Part shown: piece after piece, positions 47,225 through 58,810 of the stretch | How the letters are laid out: every line of letters begins with the position of its first letter | How positions within the stretch are numbered: the first letter of the stretch is position 1 | Origin: Basidiobolus meristosporus CBS 931.73 | Lineage: Eukaryota; Fungi; Basidiobolomycota | Assembly: GCA_002104905.1 (NCBI GenBank) | Contig: MCFE01000115.1 | Coordinates: 62,001 to 126,000, forward strand | DNA length: 64,000 nucleotides | Direction: 5' to 3' | Program-made: the position numbers and the translations under genes | The notes under the pieces: model-generated | Seen by the model: the letters and a program-made list of their open reading frames with translations, nothing else | Database searches by the model: none | Told to the model about the DNA's origin: nothing

Positions 47225-50046
47225 TCACGAATGAACCTGGGAGAATCGGTTGATCCGCTCGGCCAGCGGGGTGAATTGCTCACCACGCTCTATCCTGCGG
47301 GGTGGGACCTCCCGGTGAACCGCAGCCTCTTGACCCTCCTCCGTCCGGTGGTGGTTCCTGCGCTTCAACGCCTCCGCCAGGCTTTCCTGGGAGACGTAGG
47401 TGAAGGGGGTGGCGATGGAGCTACGGGGGACGTGGGTGGGTCTGTACCCACGATGGTCCGGGGGGTTCTCGGTGGCCGGGGTAGCGGTAGGGTTGTCGGG
47501 TCGGTCGATCGGGAACTGGATCCTATCCGGGGACATGGTGATGGTGGGGGAGGGGGAGGGGGATGGCTGGGAGGAGTCCGGGGATTTGAAGGAGTTCCCG
47601 GGGGTCAGGGATTTCTGGACCGGGCTGAAGAGGACCTCCGGGGCGGAGGCGCCCACACTGTGTCGACTCTTGGGTCGGAAGGAGAAGCGGCGGTTGTAGT
47701 TGATGTCGGAGTCGCTGTACCGGCTGCCCAGGCTGAGATGTAGGTGCTGCTTGATGTTCCCAAGGGTATCTCGGATCCCGGTCGTGCTTTGCCTATCTAC
47801 ATAGGGATCCTCCTCGAAGCTACCCGGGTTCGAGGACGACGAGGAGGAGATGGCGGACTGCTGGGAGGTGGTGGACCCGATCCGCTCCGACGACTTCTGC
47901 CGGGTCAGCTTCTTCGGCTCCAGCCTGGCGCTCAGCTCGTCCACGTGTCGTTCCGACACCCACGTACGGGTGAGTATGTAGTGGGTGATCGCCTGCTGGG
48001 CGGTGTAGAGGCTGTCCTCGGTGGGCTCCTTCTTCTTTCGTAGTATGTACATCCTCTCCCAGCTGCTGGAGGAGCCTTCCGAGGAGGTGCCGCCGAAGCC
48101 GAAGAGTTTCGACTTGGACTTAAGGTATCCGGGGAGGGGGGCGGGCGGGTATTTGGGGCCGGACAGATAGCACCGAAGCACAGTGAGCAGCTCTTGCACC
48201 CTGGGATCCTCCACGAGGGGCCCTTTGTGCTCGACGCTCGAGAAGCCAGGATACATGGAGGTAGGGGTGTGCAGGTGGCTCGGGGAGATCGGGGAGGTGA
48301 CGGAGCCGGAGCCGGAGCCGGAGCCAGACTTCTTCACCGCCGCCAACAGGTAGGTGATGTCCATGATGAACACGCCAAGGAACGGGATGGTCGGCTTGGT
48401 CACCGGTAGGATCCGCCGGTTTTCGGCACCCTGGCCTTTCAACGCATTCCCGTTGATCATGATCTCCCGATACCTCTCGTAGTTGTCCTTTTCGCTCATC
48501 AGGTCCGACAGCGTCTCCAGCCGGGTCAGCGTCTTCTTGGGGATGCACGCCCAGGTGCGCTTGAGCCTTTGGATGGGCGGGGTTCCGGTGGCACTAAGCA
48601 CAGCTTTAAGTGTCTGGAAGTTGTTCAGCTCGTAGAGTCTCGTCGCGATCTTCGCCCAGTAGTTGAGCGTCTGGGCCCTGTGGGATGCCTCGGGGGAGGA
48701 CAGGATGGAGAGCTCGATGATGCGGGTCAGGTAGTTGAAGAAATCGGTGGACGCCACGATGCTGGGGTGCGGGGTGCGCGGCGAGTGGGTCAGCAGCGCC
48801 TCCGCTGGGATCCGTTGGAACAACGCCGACTCTATCAGGGTCAACTGGTAGGCCACCAGGTATGGCGAGAATGAGGTGATGCTCGGGGTGGAGGTGGCGA
48901 GTTGGATGAGATTGTTCACTTGACCCAGGGTGGCCTGGGTAGAGGAAATGGTGGAGCACAGCTTCTGCGCCGCCTCCGCGTTGTCATCGCTGTATTCCTC
49001 GGCGCCCCGGTTGGAAGTCCCCATCTCGATCATCATGTCATTGGCCGTCTGTAGCTTCTCACTGAGTGTGCCGAAGGAAGTGATCAGCGGGGACTTGGGA
49101 ATCCGCGGGGCATGCTCGGCGTCCGCGTTTTCCTCCAACGGAGGGAGCACTAGGTTCGAGGGATCCACGCACCCCTCCGGTACGATGTTGATATACGTCT
49201 GCTGTGACACCAGCGGGGACACGTCGAAAATCCTCAGATTGGGGGAATCCGGCGGGGACATGGAGAGTTGGGGCGAAGTTGGTGACACCCCGGCGTCGGA
49301 GTCATCGCCATATGCGTCCAGGAAGTCAACGTGGGACACTGTTTCCCGTGAAATCTGTTAGCTGTGTTGCGGACGATCGTGAAGCAAAGCTTACCTTTCG
49401 GGATATCTATATGAAGGGGGGCATGTGGCCTGACCTGCACGGGAGGTCGGGGTGGGGGCTGGACCGGTTTCGGTAGCGCCCTAGCTTGGGAGGTATGTGG
49501 TAGTGGTGCGGGCATCGGGGGAGAAGGTTTAACCTGGGTGGTATTCGTCAGCTGGGCTGGCTTTGGGGGCAGGGGCTTTCGTTTAGGTGGGAGGGTAGCG
49601 AGGGTGGGGTCAAACGATCTTTCGATGATCGGGGAGTCTGGAGGGTAGAGGGAGCTTCGGATTGGTTTGGGTGGGATGGCAGGCTTGATGGCAATACTCT
49701 TTTCCACTATCGCCTGCACTTCGTGAAGAGATTTCATACAGGTATCTAACATAAGCCCTGCCACCGGAGGCTTCTTTACGATGACTGGGGTCGGGAAGGG
49801 GTGAGTCGCAGGTTGGCGCAAGCGAACAAGCAGAAGCAACTGTACCGTTGTCACGAAAGACGATACTCCGAAGGTTGTTCAGCGCGATGTCAAGCACCTC
49901 GAAATATGTGAAGTAGGCATCCTGTGATATATGAAAATTAACGAACGGCTCTGTTTCCCAGATGCCTGGAAAAGCGCTCTAACCTCAACAAAGCCTTTTG
50001 ATAAGCAAGAGGCCGCCTTTGAGACGAGTGGTTGGATTTCATCCAT
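47225..50046 (-). CDS. RasGEF (CDC25) domain protein with helical N-terminus and proline-rich region, no REM domain
   Basis: Reconstructed exons MDEIQPLVSKAASCLSKGFVE|DAYFTYFEVL..DN|DTCMKSL..Pro-rich..IPK|VSHVDF. CDC25 core VAYQLTLIE..LNNFQTLKAVLSA..PTIPFLGVFIMDITYL. Confidence 0.85.
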
Positions 50047-50708
50047 GTACACAAACGTATGTGGTCTCAGTAGCTGTGCTGTTACTATGTGGTGGTGGAA
50101 GCGGGAGGACTATTCGTGTGGGAGAAAGCTGAGGGAAAGGAGACTGAATAGTTCGCAGTTGTTACGGTACTCGCGTAGTTGGTGATGAACAAGTCGAAAG
50201 ACAATCAATAAATGGAAGTTGTTTTTAGCTTCATCCGGATCACGTTTTATTCTGATCTTAGTTCAATTTGACTATTGCTGATCGAAGCGTGCATGACTCG
50301 TCAGTAGGTGTCATACAAATGAACGGTAGTGTTTTTTGTTTTAAAGTCAAAACAATTCATATTTCCCATATCGAGACGGGGTTCGTCACCCCCAAACTCC
50401 AATAACATGCCATCCATCATCGCCGACAAAACGAGATTGATTGATTTCGAGAACTGCCGATATGGCAGTGGAATGCTTCTACACTTCTGGGATTGAGCCA
50501 CCATTGGGGATGTGTGGCTTGGTGTGTTCCAGAATCCCCGGTTCGAGGCCTTGCTGATGCCGAATTTTCTACACTAGTATATATTGAACCCATTACTCTC
50601 CGCATTCCATTGAATGGTGGGCAAATGCCAGCGAGGCTCCGTCTTCTCACAGCATCTATCTTTTTAAAGGAATTCCAATTTTATTCATGCAGTCACGACG
50701 ACGCTCCG

Positions 50709-53318
50709 TTACTTCTGGTAATAGGTTTTTCTGGCTAGGAATCGTTGTTTAGCTGCTAGTACCGCTTCCTCCCGTTTCCGCTTCTTCTCGTTTTCCTCCA
50801 AGCTATTTGGTGGCTGCTGATTGGTGGCTGCTGACGGATCATGTGTGCTTGCCTCGGCGGGTTCGGAGGCGGGCTGTGCGTCCTTGGGAGATTGGGTGGT
50901 CTCCCGGATCTCCCCTAGAATCAGCTTCTCCTCATCCAGAGTCTCGAAGCGCTTCAGCAATTCCCGAACCCACGGAAACTCGATCTTGCTCACGCTGCGC
51001 ATATTCGCTTTGTTCGTATAGGTGATGTCGTGGTACATCACCCAGTCGATGTGGGAGAATTGCAGCACGGTCGAGTTGGTGTCCACGAATAGAGAGGATG
51101 TGGCGTTGATATGTAGGGCCAGCAGGCTGGAGTTGGAATCCACGGCCGAGCTGGAGGTGGAGGACATGTAGTGATAGAAGATCGGCCGGTGCGGATGTCT
51201 CTTGGCTGTGTTCACGTAAAATGCGGTCGCGATGGACTGCAAGATCACTGTAGGCTCAACCTTGCCGTTGCTTGACTTGCAGGAAACGATGGGCAAGCCG
51301 TTCTTCTCCATGATCTGGATCAGCTGGTCACGGATATTGCGCGCCATCGAGAGCGACCGGTAGCGTAAATAGTTCTCGTGACACCACGACTTGGAGTAGC
51401 CGGTCTCTCTCCACGCCATGTAAATGTTGTAGAGTGTTAGATGGTCTCCAGAGCGATGGAAGAACTGCTTCCGGGCTTCCTCAGCCTCCGCCTGTTTCTT
51501 CTCCCCTCTGGGAGAGAGGAACACCTCTTCCACCGAGAGCATGGACGCGATGACAAGTATCTCCTTACTACACTGGTATTGTCGTGCGGAGGCGATAAGG
51601 GCCCGCGACAAGAAGGGCGACAACGGGAATGAGTTCATTTCGTCGCCGAGCTGAGTGAGTCTACCGTAGTCGTCAATGGCCCCCAGGTAGTAGAGTTGTC
51701 GTAGGGCGTTACGCACCAGACTGGAGTCTGGCGGGTCCACAAACTCGAAGTCAACCACGTTTTTGATCCCGATCTTCTTCAGTCCGAGGATGGTGCTGAT
51801 AAGACTGCTTCGTTGGATTTCCGGGATCGTGTCTGCCTCCAGCTTCTCGAACGCGGACCGGGAATACAGTCGATACGCCTTGCCTTCTTGGGTTCTTCCG
51901 GCACGCCCTGCACGTTGTGTAGCGGCCGCCTGACTTATCGGAACCACTAGTAGGGCGTCCATGCCGGTTTGGCTGTCGTAGGACTTCTGCTTGACAAAGC
52001 CAGAGTCAACCACGTATCTACTCGCATGGATTAGACTAACGGTGGACGTGGCGAGCACAATGATATCCCACTTACCTAATGCCTGGGATGGTCACAGAGG
52101 TCTTCGCACGGGGGGGGGAATCGATTGAGTAATCTTGTCGCAAAAACAACCAACTTATAGATACTTACCTGGGCGATATTGGTGGCAAAGATCACCTTTC
52201 TTACACCTCGGGGTGTTCGCTCGAACACCGCCTTCTGCTCAAATGTCTCGAGACTGGCGTAGATCGGATACACCTCCAATCGACGGATCTCATCGCCATA
52301 TTCTATATCCCGTGGGTCTATCTCCCTGGCCTTTTCTTTGAAGTCTTTGCACGCCTTCTCTATCTCCCCCTGCCCGGTCAGAAACACCAAGATGTCCCCG
52401 GGCGGCTCTCTCTCGTGAATGTGCAACGCGGTGTTAACCGCGCGGGCCACATAGGTGGATTTGAGGGATGCCATCTTCGCGTCGTGGTGGTGTAGAATGT
52501 CCACGTCGTAAGTCCGCCCGGGGATTGAAAAGATCGGGCAGCTGTCAAAGAAGTCCGAGAACTTCTCCACCTAGTTGAATGTCCCACACGTCAGTATCCG
52601 CAGTAGAGGTTTGTCACTAACTCGCTTACATTCAAGGTGGCCGACATCACGATGATCTTCAATTCAGGACGCAGCTGATGGGTTTTCTTCAACAGGCCAA
52701 ACAAAACATCGGTCTCCACGGTTCTCTCGTGCGCCTCGTCGATGATGATCATGTCGTAGTTCTTCAACTCTGGGTCCCCACAAGCCTCACGCAGCAGTAC
52801 TCCGTCCGTCATGTAGCGTAATTGTGTTTCCGGCGTGGTGCAGTCCTCGAAACGGATGGTGTATCCTACCGTCTTTCCCAATTTTGTGCCGTGTTCCTGG
52901 GCAACGCGCTTCGCAACGGTAATGGCAGCGATCCGCCTAACAAGTTCGTTTAGCAACCAAGAGAGCATTGGGTGTCAGGGTTATATGGCACGCTTACCGC
53001 GGCTGCGTGATCGCTGTGCGCTTGATGTTTGGTATCCCCTCCAAGACATACTGGGGGATTTGCGTAGTCTTTCCTGAACCTGGGTTGGAAAGAAAGTGTT
53101 GGAACCTTGGAAGGACATTTCGCACCGGCCATACCACACTTACCAGTTTCACCAATGATCACCAGGAGATTGTTTTCCTGTATGGCCTCTATTAGTTCTT
53201 CACGGTATTGATAGATGGGAAGTGATTCTCTAACTGAATCATATGGCATATCGGTAGGTGGTAGGAAAGGGAGATTTCCGACGTGATTTCCGATGTAACC
53301 GTGTGCGGAAGGGCCCAT
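50709..53318 (-). CDS. DEAH-box RNA helicase, DHX40-like (multi-exon)
   Basis: GETG|[44 protein letters not shown] and QRAGRAGR, plus HA2/OB regions and C-terminal AKQRFLARK. The start codon is uncertain. Confidence 0.88.
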
Positions 53319-53464
53319 TTTTCACTGATGTTCTCATCATCCATGGTCGGCGCCAATCTAGACATTGATTTAAGCACAAAGCGAGATCAATCCGGATTAT
53401 TCACCCAAGAGTTATGGAGTGATATAAGCACTACTAGTGACTTTCTTTAGTTCATTATTTGCTA

Positions 53465-54955
53465 ATGAGAAGCACGCTGAATCAGAGCTGTCTCAGAGAC
53501 ATATTTTCATGGTTAAAGGAAGACTCAGCCACCCTTTATCACTGTTGCCTGGTTCGTAGGACGTGGCTTCAAGCCGGAGCCAGGGAACTCTATGCTTTCC
53601 CCTACCAGTATTTTACTCCCTTATTCGAACAAACCCAACAGCTTCGAGCTCTACTACTATTCCAGACCCTGTTGGAGAGCACCCTCAAGACCAAAAATCT
53701 TGCCCATTCGCCCGAACCTATAGATGAACCTTTACTTAACTATCTCAGTCTACTCAAGAGTGTGGACCTGAACTGGTTCAAGAAACTCCTGCTAATAAAC
53801 TGCCCAGAGGAGCGCAAACAGGTTCTACACCAAGATGTGGTTAAACGAGTGCTCCAGGTTTACTTGGAACCTTTAACTGCACTGAAGCGCCTGGTTTATA
53901 CACAGGCCTTCCAGCTCGAGGAGCTCTTTCACAACCCGAAGCCTCTTAGCTCTCTGACCAACCTAGAAATCTGTTGGCGGTTTCTCGACGCTCAGACGGC
54001 GAATGACTTTCTGGTCACGGTGTCGCTTCATTGCCAGCGACTGGTATCCCTTGGAGTCGACGCGAACAATTCGCCCAGCTTCAATTTCCAGGGAATGAAC
54101 GAGATCATAGCGAAACAGACGTACGGGACACTGAGGCAACTGAAGCTGAAGAAATTCCAATTTCAGCCCCAGCAGTTCTACCAGATAATCGATGCTCTGG
54201 CCCAAGGTCCGAAGGAAAATTTGCTCTGCTTGAAGTTAGAGCAGTGCACATTCTTGCCAGGCACAAGGGTCGAGAAGATAGGGAGGCTGACCAACCTACG
54301 TACGCTGGAGCTCCCGTTTTGCTACGGGCTGTGTGATTCACATCTAGTGGACCTAGTCAAACGCTGCAAATTCCTCGCCAATCTCAACCTCTCCCATACC
54401 GCAATCACCGTAGCATCCATTGGGGTGACCATTGGTAGTCTGGGAAGTCAACTCCAGAGATTGGACATCTCGTATCCGTACCGGGTGGATCACTCTTTGG
54501 ATTCGTGCATCCCAATGCTCTCCCAAAGCGCCCCCAAGCTATCTCATCTCAATATCAAAGGGATTCGCTACGGATATCCCGCCATAGATGAGCTCATAGG
54601 GGCCTGCAACAAGCTCCGTTCACTAAGCCTGGGCACCCCGTACCGTCAAGAGCCCAGCGCCGCGGATCGGCTGTTGGCTCGGGTCCTCACTAAATGCAAA
54701 GCACTAAAAGAACTGGAACTGGGAAACACCAAGATCACAGCGCACGGATTAAACACTATATCCAAGCATCTAGCTGGGCTGGACGTGGTTGGAGAGATTC
54801 TCTGCGAGGGCCTGGACCAGGTGACAGCCCGACGGATCTACCCAGAGCTGAACATGGATAACACCTCCTTCTGGGAGGAGGAGGAGGAGGAGGGAGAGGG
54901 GGAAGAGGGGACGGCGGCCCTTGTGCTACCGCCAAACTTTTTAAAGACCTGCTAA
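53465..54955 (+). CDS. F-box-like / RNI-like leucine-rich-repeat protein
   Basis: CLRDIFSWL..TLYHCCLVRRTW F-box-like start, repeated L..L.L LRR units and an acidic tail. Confidence 0.8.
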   Translation: MRSTLNQSCLRDIFSWLKEDSATLYHCCLVRRTWLQAGARELYAFPYQYFTPLFEQTQQLRALLLFQTLLESTLKTKNLAHSPEPIDEPLLNYLSLLKSVDLNWFKKLLLINCPEERKQVLHQDVVKRVLQVYLEPLTALKRLVYTQAFQLEELFHNPKPLSSLTNLEICWRFLDAQTANDFLVTVSLHCQRLVSLGVDANNSPSFNFQGMNEIIAKQTYGTLRQLKLKKFQFQPQQFYQIIDALAQGPKENLLCLKLEQCTFLPGTRVEKIGRLTNLRTLELPFCYGLCDSHLVDLVKRCKFLANLNLSHTAITVASIGVTIGSLGSQLQRLDISYPYRVDHSLDSCIPMLSQSAPKLSHLNIKGIRYGYPAIDELIGACNKLRSLSLGTPYRQEPSAADRLLARVLTKCKALKELELGNTKITAHGLNTISKHLAGLDVVGEILCEGLDQVTARRIYPELNMDNTSFWEEEEEEGEGEEGTAALVLPPNFLKTC

Positions 54956-55176
54956 CTACACATCAAGTTCACGCAATATTCCCATATTTTGTACGATAGT
55001 CAGTAATGTAATCATCCACTAGTGAGCATTAGCAATAAATACCGCGGTGCGAGAGATGGTGGGAAATGGGTGGGATTTATTGGGTTGGTTGCTTCCACCC
55101 TCTAGTGGATTCGTGGAAAGCAAGGGATCTCGGGGATCAAGAAGGTGCACACACATTGGCAACATTGACATTGGTA

Positions 55177-55590
55177 TCATCTGTCGGGGGAGACCGCGGC
55201 AGGTGGTGGGGTTAGGTATTTCCCGTACTTTCCCTTCTTCGGTAACGGAGAGCCGTCCGGGGCGATCCCGTATTTCTGGCGGATCTGGTCGCCAGCCCTG
55301 TAAGTGGAGCTCCTCTTGCCCGTCTCCGACACGGCAATCACCTTTGAGGATTTGAAGCAGAACTTGCGCAGGGCCCAGCAGATGGCCAGGACCAGCAGAC
55401 CTAGCAGCACGATGCTAAGCAGAATGATCGCCGCAATGGTCAAGGCCCGGCTAAGGTTCGTCCGGTCGTAAATGATTAATGATGAGTCTGGATCAATGTT
55501 GACTGAAACCTCCTCCCCACCTGCATCTATGGGACTAGCTAGCACCAGAGCCCACGCCCGGATGATCCCAAGAAATAACCAGAATTTCAT
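55177..55590 (-). CDS. Small single-pass (type I) membrane protein, unknown function
   Basis: Signal peptide MKFWLFLGIIRAWALVLA, short ectodomain, TM ALTIAAIILLSIVLLGLLVLAICWAL and a basic tail. Confidence 0.65.
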   Translation of the reverse strand: MKFWLFLGIIRAWALVLASPIDAGGEEVSVNIDPDSSLIIYDRTNLSRALTIAAIILLSIVLLGLLVLAICWALRKFCFKSSKVIAVSETGKRSSTYRAGDQIRQKYGIAPDGSPLPKKGKYGKYLTPPPAAVSPDR

Positions 55591-55890
55591 GTTCAGGCAA
55601 CCAACTCTGGCGAAAGCACTTGTCTCGTGGGCCATTTATATCACTGCGCTCCACGGCCGCCCCTATTCTCCGACACCATTCTCTCCAGACAATCCATTGT
55701 CGCATTGTGGGGTTGCCTGCATAATGCTCGCCATTGTGCTGGTTGGCCGACAATGTCAGCATTGATTTCTAAGGGTACTCTAATGATGCATTTTATTGAT
55801 AATGTCGGCGAAAATAACCATCGATATCTGGGAGGGGGGCGGATTCTAAATTACAGAGCTAGTGTTTACACGGGGGGGGGGAAATGCCAG

Positions 55891-57408
55891 CTAGTGCGAC
55901 GTCACTCGGGTGGTGTCCTCCCAGACCTTGACCATCGTGGGCGGCAGGTAGTTCTCAAACTTCGCCACCAGCTCCCGCGAGTAGGTGGACTTCAAGACTC
56001 GCAGCAGCTGCCTATGGAACTGGGTGGAAGGGATGTAGGGAAGGTCCGAGTCGCAGTCCACCCTCGAGGAAGACAAAGGGCATGTGCCAAGAAAGTCCGA
56101 CTTCCAAAGCTCCAGGAGCTTGCTAAGCCAGCGCACTCGGTCGCGCTCCAAGATGGTGGATTTCACCTGAAATGTAGTCGGCAACACCCCTCGGATGAAC
56201 TCCTCCATGGACCTTCCGAAGGAATCCAGAATCTCTGGATCGGTGATATCCAGGAACTGGATCAAAGGCAACGTGCGATCTTGCCAAAGTGCCACGCTCA
56301 CAAAGAAGCCGACCATCTCCGCATCCGGACTCTCCTCGCCCAAGAGCTCGTCGAACTTCTCGAGAAAACCGTGCTCGGTTTCGTTCAATGCCTTCTCCAT
56401 CTTTCGTCTTCGTAGCCGGCCAACCACGAGGTCGTGAAGAAACTGTTGGGAGTCGGGGATCTTCGTGAGCAGGATCTCCATGGAGGTGTCATTCCACCAG
56501 GCGTTGGGCGATGCGAACATCTCTTGAATGGCACACTTGGTTATCTCCGACAGGTCCCTGTTCTCCAGCGCCGTAGGCCAATTCTCCTGGATGATCCGTA
56601 GGATTTGTGCCAGCCCATCATGACTAGCGAAGTAGGTAAACACGTCCAGCAGCGTGCTTTCCGACAACTCTTTACACAGGCCGATCTTCTGGAGATCACT
56701 TAAAAGAGTGTGTCGCTCTTGGGATTCCTCGTACTCGTTCGCTAACAACGCACATGTGATGTGTGGGTCCAAGGCATCAAGATACACCTGGTGTTGGATC
56801 ATCATCTCAACCACAGGTGCTCTTGTGGAGATCAGATGCAACATAAATCCACCAATCGACCGACTTAATGATAAACGGTTGTATACAGCTAACGAAAAAG
56901 TGTGCCACAAACTCCGATACGTGGGCAGTATCCGATAGTGCGCCAGAAGGCTGACCGTTTTCTCAACACTGGGGCAGTTCAGTTGCTGGAAAGGCTTCAA
57001 AAGTTGGTACGTCATCAGGCAGTCACGGTTCAGCTCATCTTCCTCGTGCTTCAACAAACCTTGCTCCAAGATCAAGGCGACATCACTCCACGGTAGAGCC
57101 GGGCAGTCGGACCGGCTCTTGTTGATCTGGGAGATGATCACTTCGTGCGCATAAACTTGGTAAAACCATACGTCATCTTCAACCCCTCGCTCAAGCAATC
57201 TCGTATATATCTCGTGAGTTAAAAAGGGCAAATGGCGCTTGGCCACCTGCCAGAGGCCGTGTACCCCATACTCGTTGTAGTAGCTCTCCACTCGAACAAT
57301 AGGATTCTGGGAAATGTGATGAAACGTACGACATACCGTAGCGTACCTAGGCGGATGGCCCAGGTAGGAAAACACCCGCTCCAAAATCTCGGTATTGAGC
57401 AGCTCCAT
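55891..57408 (-). CDS. Hypothetical ~505-aa protein with F-box-like N-terminus
   Basis: Long intronless ORF. MELLNTEILERVFSYL..YATVCRTF resembles an F-box, and the remainder is helical. Confidence 0.7.
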   Translation of the reverse strand: MELLNTEILERVFSYLGHPPRYATVCRTFHHISQNPIVRVESYYNEYGVHGLWQVAKRHLPFLTHEIYTRLLERGVEDDVWFYQVYAHEVIISQINKSRSDCPALPWSDVALILEQGLLKHEEDELNRDCLMTYQLLKPFQQLNCPSVEKTVSLLAHYRILPTYRSLWHTFSLAVYNRLSLSRSIGGFMLHLISTRAPVVEMMIQHQVYLDALDPHITCALLANEYEESQERHTLLSDLQKIGLCKELSESTLLDVFTYFASHDGLAQILRIIQENWPTALENRDLSEITKCAIQEMFASPNAWWNDTSMEILLTKIPDSQQFLHDLVVGRLRRRKMEKALNETEHGFLEKFDELLGEESPDAEMVGFFVSVALWQDRTLPLIQFLDITDPEILDSFGRSMEEFIRGVLPTTFQVKSTILERDRVRWLSKLLELWKSDFLGTCPLSSSRVDCDSDLPYIPSTQFHRQLLRVLKSTYSRELVAKFENYLPPTMVKVWEDTTRVTSH

Positions 57409-57793
57409 TCGTGGGGATCTGTTTCGAATTGCGACTGAACGGTAGTGGTTCTTCAAAAACAAGCATTCAAATGCCAACGGTCGACCTTCACTTGTCAAGA
57501 AAGTGCCAAGCCACAGGAAAGGGAAGTAAGCAATGTAAGGGGCGAGTCTAGCTTTGTATCTCCGTCAACGAATTCGGAAATGGCCCATGGGAGCGGGGGA
57601 TAAATTATCGCTGTTTCATCGGAAATCCACATAAGCCTTGGTAACCTTAACCAAACTAAGTACAGCCCGATATCATGTGACACAAAATGTTTATTTCAAA
57701 TTACCGGAGATGCGAAGATTAATGATGTAGTAGGAAGCATTATGGAATGAGAACATTGATATGGTTGGAAAAAAAGGGCCGTTTCAATCTAAT

Positions 57794-58810
57794 TTAAAGG
57801 TGAGAAAGCACTGCGCTTATCACGCTTAGAGCCATGAGAGCCCCGGCCACCCGTGAAGTGGAGGCACCTGAATGGGAATTGATAGTGGCAGAAGGAGAGA
57901 TGGATGTCGAAGAAGCAACACCAGCACTCGAGTGGGGTGCACTTATTTCCGCCTGGTACATTGGTGCATTGATGCAAGAGTTGGCCAGCACGAAGTGGAA
58001 ACCATTGGCAGCCAGAAGAGCCTCGATCCTGGGAACCTCCTTTACGGTAGCAATGTGGATGTCATGCTGCAGAGAAATGAACCCGGGGTCGTTGTGGGCG
58101 TTGAGAACGGTCCCCTTGGTAATAGCGTTCTGGAAGGAATCCAGGATCTTGGACGGGTCTTGTTTCTTCGCAACTATGTCCCAATCCAAGGTATCCATAT
58201 TCCATAGAAGGTTATGGTACCCCATGGCTTTGAAGACGGCCTTCACTCTATCGTCAGCCTCGCCGAATGGTGGGCGGATATAGGCGGTCTTGACCCCGGT
58301 AACGTTGAAGATAGCATCTTCCGTTGCCCGTAATTCCGCGACAATTTGCTCGTTGGACAGAGTCATCAAATGAGGATGTGACCAGGTGTGTTGAGCAATC
58401 AAATGCCCTGCATCATAAGCTCTCTTGACTATTTGAGGGAATTTGACGACCTGGGAGCCGATCATGAGAAGAGTAACTTTGACCTTGGCAGCGTCTAAGA
58501 TGTCGAGCAACTCCGAGGTGCTCTCTTCTGGACCGTCATCGAAAGATAAGGCCCATTCGCCCTTTTTGCATCCATATACGTCCTCTTGTCTAGGGCAGTT
58601 TCCGCAGCTTTCCCAACACTTGTCACACTCGTCGGGGCCGCAGCTGGTGGAGGCGCAAATACCAGTGCCAACTGGTTTGGTTGCGATGTTAGGGACTTGG
58701 GATAGATCGTATTGCTTTGTCCATGCGGCGTTGATGGGAGCCAAAGGAACTTGGGCCACAATTTGTGAGACGCTGGCAAAGAATAGGAGAGCGCTAGCTT
58801 GGAATAACAT
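57794..58810 (-). CDS. Secreted, probably GPI-anchored chitin/polysaccharide deacetylase (CE4, NodB domain)
   Basis: Signal peptide and Cys-rich region. CE4 motifs SFDDGP, HTWSH, RPPF, DTLDW and LQHD. Ser-rich linker and hydrophobic C-terminus. Confidence 0.93.
   Translation of the reverse strand: MLFQASALLFFASVSQIVAQVPLAPINAAWTKQYDLSQVPNIATKPVGTGICASTSCGPDECDKCWESCGNCPRQEDVYGCKKGEWALSFDDGPEESTSELLDILDAAKVKVTLLMIGSQVVKFPQIVKRAYDAGHLIAQHTWSHPHLMTLSNEQIVAELRATEDAIFNVTGVKTAYIRPPFGEADDRVKAVFKAMGYHNLLWNMDTLDWDIVAKKQDPSKILDSFQNAITKGTVLNAHNDPGFISLQHDIHIATVKEVPRIEALLAANGFHFVLANSCINAPMYQAEISAPHSSAGVASSTSISPSATINSHSGASTSRVAGALMALSVISAVLSHL

Noticed and set aside
47231-48959. Multiple long overlapping and antisense ORFs over the second RasGEF (and similar ones over other genes)
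   Set aside because: Shadow ORFs expected from high GC at third positions, with no recognisable domains.
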